From: Candidatus Peribacteria bacterium
GTDB lineage: Bacteria; Patescibacteriota; Gracilibacteria; Peribacterales; Peribacteraceae
Length of the DNA: 64,000 nt
Reading direction: 5' to 3'
Assembly (NCBI GenBank): GCA_041691135.1
Contig: JBEPVF010000002.1
Coordinates: 210,718-274,717 of the forward strand
Part shown: positions 17,542 through 29,783 of the stretch, piece by piece
Numbering within the stretch: the stretch's first letter is position 1
Layout of the letters: each line of letters starts with the position of its first letter
Notes under the pieces: model-generated
What the model saw: only the letters and a program-made list of their open reading frames with translations
Databases searched by the model: none
What the model was told of the DNA's origin: nothing
Translations under genes and position numbers: made by a program

Positions 17542-19410
17542 TTACGAACGCGGCAGTAACCAGCCGCGCTCAACTACCCATTGTTCAACGACATCTCGCG
17601 GCAGCCGCAAGTGCGCAACCAATTCATCGGGACCAAATGAATCTTCCGTTAATTGTGCCAGATTGAAGAGCAGAACAATATCCCGTCTCATTTCGTCACT
17701 TACCATTTCCGGTCCCCACTTCTCGCCCGCGCTCTTTTGATATGCATCCACGTCTGGTAACAGATAGTCACGAAAATCTTGTGCCACACGATCTCTTCTA
17801 TAAACAGTTTTAGATCTAGGTGACTTTCCAGTCGGCTCAACAAAATTTTGCACTATTCGCGGTGGTGATGCAGCAGTTTCATGTTTGCCGTTCCCTCCGA
17901 CAGGTACAACCGGTCGCATTGTCGCTTCTCCATTTACTCTGTCTGTAACTGGGACGGGAAGCTTCACTTCCATTCGCGCTGGAGCAGGTTGTACTGGTTT
18001 CACCGCTGCAGGAATCGGAGGAGCGACTGGCGGCTTTGGTGCCGGAACAGCGGGTGGTGCAGAAGACATCGGCGGTCGTAACGGGATGGGTGCTGCGGGC
18101 GGAGGTGCTGATGGCAAGCGTTGTTGAATAGTGCGGAGCATGGCTGCAACGGATGCTGAGGTCGTTGATTGTTGTCTTTCTGGCGCAGGCGGGACTGCAA
18201 CCGTCGTATTTCTTTCTCCATGTTCGGTAAGAAGCGACGCAATGGAGGTGCCGAATTGCATGCTGCCATTCTGCGAGAGAACCGATGCCTGATACGCCTC
18301 GAATTGCGCGGGTGTAAATGGAACGCCGCGCGGCAAGTTGTATTGCATCACGTCGTGCAACGCAACCTGCCCCATCATAGTCTTTGCTTGCAACTGCATC
18401 GATGCTCTGCGGATCTCGGGATGCAGTCCTTTGCCAGACAGTAAATCGTTGTAGCGACTCACGCCATTCGGTTGCCTCCCATTCACCATCGACGCCAGCA
18501 AATGTGATCGTGTTCCCGGAGCACCGCCGACATTGTCCTGAATAATAATCGATGCGCCATTCGACGACACGGCTTCGGGGAGCCATTTTTTGATCATGCC
18601 GGTATCCTCATGCTGCGAGATGGTATCGAGGAAACGATTCAAGAGAACGACATCAAATGTTTCCGTCATTTTTGTGAGACCTACGGCAACATCGCGCAAC
18701 CATGCCTTCTGCACTTTCATTCCGGTGTGTCCGCCCCGCGTAAGATTGAGATAGCGATTGTCATCCGGCTGATAGGTCACAATGGTGCCGATATGTTCCT
18801 GTAATGCCCGCAACACTGCCGGCGAACTGCCGCCATCCAGTAAGCGGCGTTCGTGCACCGGCTTGGGGTGTCGCTCAAAATGTCTCCTGATCGCATCGAT
18901 GATCAGCGGCGTCACCAGATTTTTTTCGACAAGCGTATCGAAGTAGTCGGGCCCGTGAATAATCATTCCACGTTCACGCTCCTGACGGATGCTCGGCGGC
19001 AATTGCACCGAGAGCAGCGTAGCGAGGGCGCCCGGGCGCTGCACAACATAATGCTCCAGTTCTTGCCAGTACCTTCCGTCATGTTCCATGAGCGGTTTTA
19101 TGGCAGACATATTACTTAATTGGTCCAGAATATCCTCCACATTCTCCACACCCAGACAGCGCTGATCCAGCTGACGAACAATCACCTCGCTCGCACTGGG
19201 ACTAAATCTGTCTATCCACGATGGCGCTTCAGTACTTGCATCGTCTAAATGGCGGGGAAAAAGATTGGCTGGTCCGTCCAGATCAACCACGGTTTGAATG
19301 TTTTGCCGCTCAGGCGATACTCTTATTTCTGAAGATACTGCCGGCGACCCATTAGGAGAATCAGTGTGATCAGGAGAATCCATAGAGTTGAGTGAGTGAT
19401 AAGAACTCAT
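17542..19410 (-). CDS. Hypothetical protein with a degenerate SAM-methyltransferase-like domain, Pro-rich linker and possible C-terminal HTH
   Basis: RRLLDGGSS (motif I-like), ETFDVVLLNRFL, Pro/Ala-rich tract, C-terminal PDELVAHLRLPRDVVEQW. Confidence 0.6.
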   Translation of the reverse strand: MSSYHSLNSMDSPDHTDSPNGSPAVSSEIRVSPERQNIQTVVDLDGPANLFPRHLDDASTEAPSWIDRFSPSASEVIVRQLDQRCLGVENVEDILDQLSNMSAIKPLMEHDGRYWQELEHYVVQRPGALATLLSVQLPPSIRQERERGMIIHGPDYFDTLVEKNLVTPLIIDAIRRHFERHPKPVHERRLLDGGSSPAVLRALQEHIGTIVTYQPDDNRYLNLTRGGHTGMKVQKAWLRDVAVGLTKMTETFDVVLLNRFLDTISQHEDTGMIKKWLPEAVSSNGASIIIQDNVGGAPGTRSHLLASMVNGRQPNGVSRYNDLLSGKGLHPEIRRASMQLQAKTMMGQVALHDVMQYNLPRGVPFTPAQFEAYQASVLSQNGSMQFGTSIASLLTEHGERNTTVAVPPAPERQQSTTSASVAAMLRTIQQRLPSAPPPAAPIPLRPPMSSAPPAVPAPKPPVAPPIPAAVKPVQPAPARMEVKLPVPVTDRVNGEATMRPVVPVGGNGKHETAASPPRIVQNFVEPTGKSPRSKTVYRRDRVAQDFRDYLLPDVDAYQKSAGEKWGPEMVSDEMRRDIVLLFNLAQLTEDSFGPDELVAHLRLPRDVVEQWVVERGWLLPRS

Positions 19411-19499
19411 TGAAGACGTTCCATCCTAAAAGTCAAAAAGACCCCGCCATGAAAGTGAGAGTTAACCACTGGAAGCGCTGAACACGTTCGTCTTCTCTT

Positions 19500-19748
19500 T
19501 TATTCCGTCGCCACCCGGCAGAACTGATTGATCGTTTGCCCCAAACGGTGTGTGGCGGCAGGGTCCCACTCTTTTTCGTCGGCGATCTCGGCCCACTGGG
19601 CCAAAATGCCCGCTTGCTGGCCGGCAGACATGGCTTCTTCATCTTCCTCCTGCGCCAGCTGAGTGAGGGCAATACGTTCTTCCAGTAAATTAGCGATTTG
19701 ACGGTCGATTTTTTCGAGACGGCTGAGGAGATCGAGGGAGACAGGCAT
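19500..19748 (-). CDS. Small chorismate mutase (AroQ)-like helical protein
   Basis: LSRLEKIDRQIANLLEERIAL matches the AroQ first helix (R..ID.ID..I..LL.ER); the rest is divergent. Confidence 0.55.
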   Translation of the reverse strand: MPVSLDLLSRLEKIDRQIANLLEERIALTQLAQEEDEEAMSAGQQAGILAQWAEIADEKEWDPAATHRLGQTINQFCRVATE

Positions 19749-19795
19749 GGGGCGTATCTTTGCGGAATGAGGGGAGATTGCAATTGACAGATTAG

Positions 19796-22096
<2,301 letters not shown>

Positions 22097-22103
22097 TTCG
22101 GCG

Positions 22104-23477
22104 TCAGAGATGTCCCTGCTCGGGACTCTGTTCGGCGGGTGTGTAGGCGAGAATGCACGAGAGGATCAACAGTGCCGCCGGGATGTATAGCTGACGGAAA
22201 AAAGATTCCTCATTGATCAGGAACTGCACATTCTCGGTAAAGAGATACGTGAACAGCACGATTGCCAAACCGACTGTGCCGAAAATGAACGTCGGCAGCA
22301 TGTCGCAGGCGACACGCGGATCGCGGCGCGAGGCAAGTGCGAGCAGGATAACTATGGCCGCGGGCAACACATACCACGTGATGCCGAGTGATCCATTGGT
22401 GAACAGCGCCGGGAAGAGATACGGGAATCCGGCCAGGGTGAACTGCACGGCCGTATCCGTACTGTGCGGCGTGATGTGCATGCCTTTGGCGACGAGGAAC
22501 AATGGATAGATGACCGCCAAAGCGAGTGAGATACCCGCAGCCATGAGCAGATTTTTTCGCTCGGGCCTGTGCAGGAACCAATGACATCCCAGCATGAGCA
22601 CAAAAGGGAAGAATCCGATGAACAATCCTTCGCTCTTCGTCCAACACGCGGCGCCGACGAAGAACGCACTCAGCATCAACCATCGCGCTCCGGCGTACTG
22701 CACATACATCGCATACGCCCCGAGAGCGAGCAGCAGATACTGCGCGAGCGGCAAGTCACCGAAGCCTTGGGCCAGATGCAGTTGTAGCAGAGGGATGCTG
22801 AGGATGAGCGTCGTCCCCAGCAACGCAACCTGTTTGCCGCGCAGGCGACGGATGATCAGGAAGAGCGCGCCAAAGCTGCTGAGACTGAGCAGCCAATGAA
22901 TCGTATTGGCAATGTGATCATTCCATTTGAACTGTAACTGATTCGCCGTGATCTGCAGACTATGGAGCAGAATCGGATACTGCGGTTTTGCGACGCCGCG
23001 ATCTTCCGTCGCATCGTAGACGATGTGATGATCGACGAACGATACCTGCGCACGATGCGTCCAGTTGCTGAGACTATCGAGCTGCATGGTAGGTAACAGC
23101 ACCGCGTGCACGAAGCTGTACACAAAGCTCACACCCAATAGGATGTAACAGAGAAGGAGGATGAAACGACTCCAGCGTTGCGGGAACAATGGCACAGATT
23201 TTTCTCCATTCTCTTGCAGCAACACGTCAGCGCTTTGTCGACGCTTCAGAACAAATAGAACGATGATGATCAGCACATGACCGCCAAGCACACTCGCCGG
23301 CACCAAAGGAATGTCGACAACGGTGTACGCAAATGTGAGCAATGCATTCGATAAGGACGCGACAGGCAGGGCCAGGGGAAGCTGCAACCATTTGCCGGCG
23401 CGCGGCACTATGAGTTGCGCGGCAAACCAGCCTTCGATTAGCAGCAGGGCCAATGGAATCAAAAAGAGAAGGATCAT
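22104..23477 (-). CDS. Polytopic membrane protein, GT-C (GT39/GT83-like) glycosyltransferase
   Basis: Many TM helices; DSLSNW, YPILL, GFGDLPLA, WTKSEG. Confidence 0.7.
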   Translation of the reverse strand: MILLFLIPLALLLIEGWFAAQLIVPRAGKWLQLPLALPVASLSNALLTFAYTVVDIPLVPASVLGGHVLIIIVLFVLKRRQSADVLLQENGEKSVPLFPQRWSRFILLLCYILLGVSFVYSFVHAVLLPTMQLDSLSNWTHRAQVSFVDHHIVYDATEDRGVAKPQYPILLHSLQITANQLQFKWNDHIANTIHWLLSLSSFGALFLIIRRLRGKQVALLGTTLILSIPLLQLHLAQGFGDLPLAQYLLLALGAYAMYVQYAGARWLMLSAFFVGAACWTKSEGLFIGFFPFVLMLGCHWFLHRPERKNLLMAAGISLALAVIYPLFLVAKGMHITPHSTDTAVQFTLAGFPYLFPALFTNGSLGITWYVLPAAIVILLALASRRDPRVACDMLPTFIFGTVGLAIVLFTYLFTENVQFLINEESFFRQLYIPAALLILSCILAYTPAEQSPEQGHL

Positions 23478-24502
23478 TCGGCGGGGAGCAGTGAATACAG
23501 ATGCGTATTGTCGGGATAATCAGCCAGTTTGCGTACCGTTCCTTCGAACTGGCCGCAGTGCAATGTGCCGCCGGTCTCGCTCCATTGCGAATGATGCACC
23601 AGCACGTGCGTGAGCGGTGCATCGGATTGCAAGTCAGTGGCAACCGTCACCGGATATGCGTGATACCGCAGCATTTTGGCATAGTAATTGGTGTCGTCGG
23701 TACACACATACACGTACGGCGCTCCGAAAGAATGCTTCTGTTGATCAGCCTGCACATCCTGTGCGATGTGCACGACGGCACCCGCGCGTGAATACAGCCC
23801 TTCGCCGTACCACTGCTGCAAATGATGCGCGGTAAATCTGATGAGATCGAGGGAGAATCGCATATTGTATGCCAGCATCGCCAGAACAAGTACGCCAAGC
23901 AGAGTTGATGGCTGTGCCTTGCGGATGAGCAGCATCAATAACGTGAGTAGCACGATACATCCACCCAACAACGTGACGGAGACAGTGAGGACTCGATAGC
24001 CGAGGAGCGTGTGGTAACTCGAAATCTGATACGATTCGGCTTCAAAAAATTGTCGGACGGCAATGATGGGAACCTGCAGTAAGGGAGTCGGAAGGAAGCT
24101 CATATCCTCCACCGCCGTATCCACACTCTTCTGCGCGCTGCCAAACAGAAGATAGTACTTGTGCTGTCCGGGCGACCACAGCGGGCTACCGGTCAAATCA
24201 ATACGAACGTCACGATGTTTACCGGCAGGCATGTGCACGCGCGACAGGTCAATCGGTAAATAGCCGCGCGACGATCGGAACGGTGCGATGAGCAGATCGA
24301 AGGGCTGGCTCGACGAGTACACAATGTGCAAGTACCCGCCCTTTCCCTCGGTCGTCATCGACGTCTGCGTTGTGTAATGGGGAAGCAGCTGCGACTCGTC
24401 ACGTGCGATGGTAGGCTTCGGCACCAACAGATCTGCCGCGTGCGCATGAGGAAATGGAGACACACAGAAGAAGAAAACCGCCAGCGCGAGTAAACGCTTC
24501 AT
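23474..24502 (-). CDS. Exported/membrane hypothetical protein, coupled to the GT-C gene
   Basis: Signal peptide (AHA-AD), two internal TM helices, ATGA overlap with the downstream gene. Confidence 0.75.
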   Translation of the reverse strand: MKRLLALAVFFFCVSPFPHAHAADLLVPKPTIARDESQLLPHYTTQTSMTTEGKGGYLHIVYSSSQPFDLLIAPFRSSRGYLPIDLSRVHMPAGKHRDVRIDLTGSPLWSPGQHKYYLLFGSAQKSVDTAVEDMSFLPTPLLQVPIIAVRQFFEAESYQISSYHTLLGYRVLTVSVTLLGGCIVLLTLLMLLIRKAQPSTLLGVLVLAMLAYNMRFSLDLIRFTAHHLQQWYGEGLYSRAGAVVHIAQDVQADQQKHSFGAPYVYVCTDDTNYYAKMLRYHAYPVTVATDLQSDAPLTHVLVHHSQWSETGGTLHCGQFEGTVRKLADYPDNTHLYSLLPAE

Positions 24503-24996
24503 GCCACCACTCTAGCAGTCGGCCCCGAAAAAGATGAGACGGTAGTTTGTAGGGAAAATTGTATGTTATTAAACTTTTATTTAATTTTGACAATCAAATT
24601 ACTAAAAAGTAGATCTAATTTTGTATACATCATTCTTATTTCTCTTATTAAAGCAGAAAAATTTGAATACATTTTAAGTTCATAATTCAAAAAAATACCG
24701 GCGGAAGACATCGGAAGAGGTAAATAATGTTGTTCGCCTTACGGTCAACCTAGACAAGAATTACAGAGTGAATCGTAAGCCGCCATGAAGAAAGAATTGA
24801 ACATATGTTTTAAGTCATGAAATGTGATTAGCAAATTGACTAATGATTCACTTTTTTTGCTCTTTTGGGGCAATTGGATATATTTTGGTGTAATCTTGAC
24901 AACTATTAATTATTGTTTTACAAAGTATATACTCATGATGTAAAGTATTTTCCTTTTTTACTATGGAATCAGAAGTAAGAAAGTTCTTCCCTCCGA

Positions 24997-25536
24997 ATGA
25001 CAAAGTTAGCCCTCCTCATTGTCTCGCCGGCAGTTATTGGCATGTTGGCCACCCCTCTGCTCCTACGCGCAAGCCAGGCAGCTGAGTCGCCACCGCCGAC
25101 GCTCGAGCAAATGCTGACTGATCTGCAGCAACAGTGGAAAGAGAACGATGAAAATAATGTACCGAACCCGACCAACCTCCATATCCGAGCCGAGCGCCTC
25201 CGGTTGTTTTTGTGCCAGGGAGGCAAGACCGAGTACTGCCCGACGCAGAAGTTGGAAGCAAAGAATATCGATATTCAAAAATTGGCGCACGCAGTGGCGA
25301 TGGCCGAGACATCCGACAAGGGCATGGTACTGGCGAAGAACAATTATCACGGCATCAAATGCGGCGAACATTTCTGCTCTTACGCTTCCAAGGAAGAGAG
25401 CTACGAGAAGTTCGGGGAGTTGTGGCTGCGCAAGTACGGCGACCATCTGCCTACTCTGCAGGACGCGCGACGCTACACCGCCGGCGAAGGAACCGGGTGG
25501 CTCAAGACAGTGACAGTGGTGTACAACAGCAAATAA
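24997..25536 (+). CDS. Secreted lysozyme-superfamily (glucosaminidase/GH73-like) protein
   Basis: Signal peptide; LAHAVAMAETS (catalytic Glu), KNNYHGIK, YASKEES, RYT...W. Confidence 0.65.
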   Translation: MTKLALLIVSPAVIGMLATPLLLRASQAAESPPPTLEQMLTDLQQQWKENDENNVPNPTNLHIRAERLRLFLCQGGKTEYCPTQKLEAKNIDIQKLAHAVAMAETSDKGMVLAKNNYHGIKCGEHFCSYASKEESYEKFGELWLRKYGDHLPTLQDARRYTAGEGTGWLKTVTVVYNSK

Positions 25537-25743
25537 CAATTCGACGCATGAAATTCGAAAAATTGATTGCGTTCTTTCGTTGTAAATTATGTATTGTCTA
25601 TTATTCATTCCATTAAGGTTTTCTTAAGAAACGCCAGTTTACGGCAGCCGACAGCCACATATTGAGCTAACAGTCTCTTAAGAGTGCACTCGTATAGTGA
25701 GCACAGTCGCGACTGACTCTTTTACTTCTTTCATCCTCATACT

Positions 25744-26157
25744 ATGAAAAACAAGTTCACACTCGGTGCCATCGCCGGCATCTCCTCTATCGCACTTGCC
25801 ATTCCATTCCTCGCTCAAGTCTCCAATGCCGCTTCCAGCGGATCGACGCAATCGACACCGACGCAGCAGGAACAGACAACGACGACAATGGCCGCTTCCA
25901 TTTCCCAATCCGCCGCCGAACAAACGGCACTTCAGGCGCATCCTGGAAAACTCTCGGAAGCCACTCGACTCGATGATCACTTTGGCGGATATAAAGTGGA
26001 GATCACCGGTAACGACGGCAATGAATATGACGTGATCGTCGACGCAACGAGCGGACAGATCACCGACAGCTGGATCGACGGCCAAGGCGGCCCGCACGGT
26101 CGCGGACCGATGAACGGACATGATCAACCGGACGCAGCCGGCTCTTCGAGCATCTAA
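25744..26157 (+). CDS. Secreted PepSY-domain protein
   Basis: Signal peptide; ISQSAAEQTAL..HPG...YKVEI..DG..YDVIVDATSGQI. Confidence 0.88.
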   Translation: MKNKFTLGAIAGISSIALAIPFLAQVSNAASSGSTQSTPTQQEQTTTTMAASISQSAAEQTALQAHPGKLSEATRLDDHFGGYKVEITGNDGNEYDVIVDATSGQITDSWIDGQGGPHGRGPMNGHDQPDAAGSSSI

Positions 26158-26202
26158 AAGCTTCCGCACATCACCGGCTCTTCCGTAAGGGGGAAAGGGG
26201 GG

Positions 26203-26224
26203 AGGCCGCACAAGCGGCCTTTTT
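26203..26224 (+). terminator. Intrinsic terminator
   Basis: AGGCCGC-acaa-GCGGCCT followed by TTTT, downstream of the PepSY gene. Confidence 0.75.
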
Positions 26225-26360
26225 CCTCTGGGAGAAGCGCCTACCCGTTATATAAATGGTTCAAAGTAGTAATTTTGACCGACATTATTAGTCTTACAGG
26301 CTTATAGAGTTCTTCATCTATATATTGACTTTAATAATTTATTATGTTTATATATAATAT

Positions 26361-27524
26361 ATGGATTCGCTTTACTACTCAGCTGGTGACCAGGAAATGC
26401 TGCAACTGTACGAACAGATCACACATATAGCTCATAATGGAGACATACCTACTATCACGCAGAGGGAAACTCATACGTCAGACGATACGACATTAACTAT
26501 CAGAGCAAACACTCGATGGGAAGCATTGCACCTTTTTAACCAAGCAGTTGCCCTATTGGAAATACAGGCACCTCACGAAGGGCTGGACCCGTCAGTTGTT
26601 ACGAGAATCAAAGAACTTCGACAGACGATCACGGATACATGGGAAGCACACCAACCGGTTTCCTCTAAACCTGCTATGGCGACGGCAACCCACTTCCTTA
26701 ACCGAGTGAGAGATGGAGTCTTTGCCATTCGTGGCAACGACACAATGGAAGTACTAGAACGATGCGGCGCGGTTATATTTTCTGAATTCATGCGCGGGCA
26801 GATGGAGCCGGTTACTTATCTCAGAGCTCGTATGTATTTAGACGAGAGAGTCGAGTTGCTTCAGGTGAAAAAGAAAAGTGAAACGTTAAACCAGGAACTG
26901 ATACATGATGAAGTGGCGACACATGCATGGAGCAGGAGAATCATCAGTGAGGTAGTCGAAGATACGCTGGAGGCAAGCGTCGAAGGACATGGCGTGCTGG
27001 TCCATTTTGACGTTGTCGGATTCGGAAAGTTCAACAATCAAGTGCACTACGAGTATGCAGACAATGCTCTGCGGGCAATCGGAAATACTCTAGCAGATGA
27101 GGGAATCATCACGGCGAGAACCGGCGGCGATGAATTCGTCTGCTTCTTTCCGGATGAAGATGATATGGAAACATGCATCCAAAGAATCATCCAGTTGTGC
27201 CAACCTGCGCTTGCAGAAATAGATGGGCCATTCGCGGAGCAAAATCTGCCCCGTTTCGCCACATTGCATGTAGGGCTCGGCGCAGTTGTGATGCATAAGG
27301 GTGAGAAATACGGTGAGACCACGATAAAGGCAGTCAAACGGATGCAGGTCGCGAAACAAGCGCCTCAAGCAAAAGGTCTGCGCTATCCGCACTTCACCGG
27401 TAAGCAACCAACAAGAATTCTGGGCATGACCCCAGAAGGCACCCCCGCCTCGGCCCCCATCGAACGCCGAACAATGCGTACTATTCTGGAGAGAGTAAAA
27501 AAATTCCTTAAAGAGATTAATTAA
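26361..27524 (+). CDS. GGDEF-domain protein (diguanylate cyclase-like) with an unknown N-terminus
   Basis: VHFDVVGFGKFNN...ADNAL...ARTGGDEF...VGLG. Confidence 0.8.
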   Translation: MDSLYYSAGDQEMLQLYEQITHIAHNGDIPTITQRETHTSDDTTLTIRANTRWEALHLFNQAVALLEIQAPHEGLDPSVVTRIKELRQTITDTWEAHQPVSSKPAMATATHFLNRVRDGVFAIRGNDTMEVLERCGAVIFSEFMRGQMEPVTYLRARMYLDERVELLQVKKKSETLNQELIHDEVATHAWSRRIISEVVEDTLEASVEGHGVLVHFDVVGFGKFNNQVHYEYADNALRAIGNTLADEGIITARTGGDEFVCFFPDEDDMETCIQRIIQLCQPALAEIDGPFAEQNLPRFATLHVGLGAVVMHKGEKYGETTIKAVKRMQVAKQAPQAKGLRYPHFTGKQPTRILGMTPEGTPASAPIERRTMRTILERVKKFLKEIN

Positions 27525-27551
27525 TCGCAGTACACTATTTTCGAATAGCCA

Positions 27552-29552
27552 TTATCGGACAGGCAACGATATCGAGAACACCGTCCCCTTCCCCTCCTCC
27601 GACTGCATCGTCACCGTGCCTTTGAGCACGTTGGTTAAGAGCGATACCAGATAGAGACCTAAACCCGTGCCGCTTGTTTCGCGGTCGATCACGTTGTGGC
27701 CGCGGAAGAATTTCTGGAAGACGTTCTGTTGCTGGTCCAGAGGAATGCCGTAGCCCGTATCTTTCACATCGATACGAATGGCATCTTTTTCCTGCCAGGC
27801 CCGCAGGAAAATTTTTCCAGTTTCCGGGGTATAGGTAATGGCATTCTGGAGCAAATTACCGAGGATCTCGGATAAGAAACGCGGATCGGTGTTGATGGAG
27901 AGCGGCGAAGAACAGTCGATGGTAAACGTCTGTCGCTTGGCCTCGTACTGCGGTTGGAACTGCTGGCCTTTGGTGCGAAGCATCTCGCATACATCCACTT
28001 CGGCAATCGCCAAGTCGATTGCCTGCGCTTCGGCGCGCGAGATCTTCAGCATCGTATCGATCGTCTGAGACATACGCGCGGCGGCCTGCAAACTCTCGCG
28101 CAGAAACTTCTCTTCAGTCGGACTTACTTTGCCGGCCAGATCTTTGGTAAGCCTGCCGAGGCTCCAACGCATGGTCGTGAGCGGCGTGCGCAGTTGATGT
28201 GACGCCAGTGACATGAATTCCGATTTCGATCGGTCTATGCGACGCTCTCTGGTGACGTCGCGGTACAGAAACAACTGACCGCGATGTTTTCCATCTTCAT
28301 ACGTCGGAATAAAATCTCGCAGAATGATGCGTCCGTCTTTCAGCAAAATCTCCTGATCGAAGAGGGGTTCCTTCTTCGCTATAGTCGCGCGGACTTTTAC
28401 CATGTGCTCGTCCGGATGCAACAATCCCTGCAAAAAACGCTCGAGTAATTCTGCAGACGACATGTTTCTTATTTGTTCCGGAGAACGTTTGATGTGGAAC
28501 ATGCGACAGTACGCTTCGTTGAGCTCAAGAATATTCGCCTCTTCATCCATCAGTAGTGCGGCCGATGGCAAATGAGAAACGATTGAGCGTAACCGCTCCA
28601 GGTTGACCCGATCTTTTTGCAATGCGATTTCAAGCTCCTTGGTACGTTCATGTACCTTCTCTTCCAACGATTCGACGGCGTATCTTCGTTCCTGCAGAGC
28701 GGCGGCCAGAATCATGCCGATGGATGATGCAATGGCAATGTAGAATTGCAGCAAGTTGAGTGACGTATTCGGCGATGAGCTCACGAACGGACCGAAACCG
28801 GATAGGGTTCCCAAAATCGCAAGGCATGCCAAAAGAAAAATAGTCGTGACTGTTTCGCGCAGCCCGAAACGGATAGCCGCCCATACGATCGGAAGCAGCG
28901 AAATATACAGCGGATAATGAGCGTATCCGTACTGTGTATTGCCGCTGAAAACGATAAAACTGATGAGCACCATAAATTCCACAAGCAACACTGCTTCCAA
29001 AGACTGCCGTACCGACCAGCGGAATTTGAAATTATGAACCCACAGCAGAAGCAACGGGGCGATCACGAGCGCACCGACCGTATCGCCGAGCCACCAAGTG
29101 AACCATAAATCAGGAGCGCGTGACCATAATGCAGAACCGGCGAGCAATAAAGACAACGAGCCGACAGAAGCACTGATGGCCGAGGAGGCGGCGGCGAAGA
29201 AAATAAAAAGAAGAACCGTGTGCACCTGCCCGAATGCCTTCGCACCGCCGGCGAAACGCTTGATAAGAAATGCTCCGACGAGCCCTTCGAGGGTGTTACC
29301 GATTGCAATGGTTATTGACGTACCGAACGAGCCGGCCGTTAGTATATTCACCAAGAATGCACCGATCAGAACCGATGGCCAGAATCGAAAACCGAGGAGC
29401 AGGAACACGGCGATGGCGATACCCGTCGGCGGCCACACCGGTGATGCGCTGGGAAACCTGAACGCCAACATCAGGCCGAATTTTCCGGCAGCAAAATAGA
29501 TCACTGTGATCAGGACGATGGACGCCCAGAACCGAAGCCGGGATGGATTCAT
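27552..29552 (-). CDS. MASE1-PAS sensor histidine kinase
   Basis: MASE1 (SPVWPPTGIA, TWWLGD, WAAIRFG), PAS, SHQLRTPL, NLLQNAITYT, DTGYGIP, GTGLGL. Confidence 0.93.
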   Translation of the reverse strand: MNPSRLRFWASIVLITVIYFAAGKFGLMLAFRFPSASPVWPPTGIAIAVFLLLGFRFWPSVLIGAFLVNILTAGSFGTSITIAIGNTLEGLVGAFLIKRFAGGAKAFGQVHTVLLFIFFAAASSAISASVGSLSLLLAGSALWSRAPDLWFTWWLGDTVGALVIAPLLLLWVHNFKFRWSVRQSLEAVLLVEFMVLISFIVFSGNTQYGYAHYPLYISLLPIVWAAIRFGLRETVTTIFLLACLAILGTLSGFGPFVSSSPNTSLNLLQFYIAIASSIGMILAAALQERRYAVESLEEKVHERTKELEIALQKDRVNLERLRSIVSHLPSAALLMDEEANILELNEAYCRMFHIKRSPEQIRNMSSAELLERFLQGLLHPDEHMVKVRATIAKKEPLFDQEILLKDGRIILRDFIPTYEDGKHRGQLFLYRDVTRERRIDRSKSEFMSLASHQLRTPLTTMRWSLGRLTKDLAGKVSPTEEKFLRESLQAAARMSQTIDTMLKISRAEAQAIDLAIAEVDVCEMLRTKGQQFQPQYEAKRQTFTIDCSSPLSINTDPRFLSEILGNLLQNAITYTPETGKIFLRAWQEKDAIRIDVKDTGYGIPLDQQQNVFQKFFRGHNVIDRETSGTGLGLYLVSLLTNVLKGTVTMQSEEGKGTVFSISLPVR

Positions 29553-29783
29553 AGCGGATAGCGTGCGGATTTTTTCAGTATATCAGAGGCAAGTTGACTC
29601 TCAATCCGGTATTCATGGGAATGACTGTTCCAGGTAAGGATGGAACTGGTATTCCGTTATGCAGAAGCCAAAAAATTCCCTCTTCGTTCACGAGAACATT
29701 TCCGGCTCTTTTTAGTTTCTTGTGCCTGCAGCCAGGAATGCTATCGTAAAGTCTTCATTTTAGTTTTTTGCCCACCCCTTACC

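Noticed and set aside
29607-29660. Imperfect hairpin and a CTCTTCGT word also found upstream of the 1252 aa gene
   Set aside because: Too short to separate from chance.
29640-29783. ORF-track upstream starts here and at 34688, 43409, 49036, 49178 and 52092
   Set aside because: The extensions look non-coding; downstream ATGs fit -10 boxes or pyrimidine-rich leaders.
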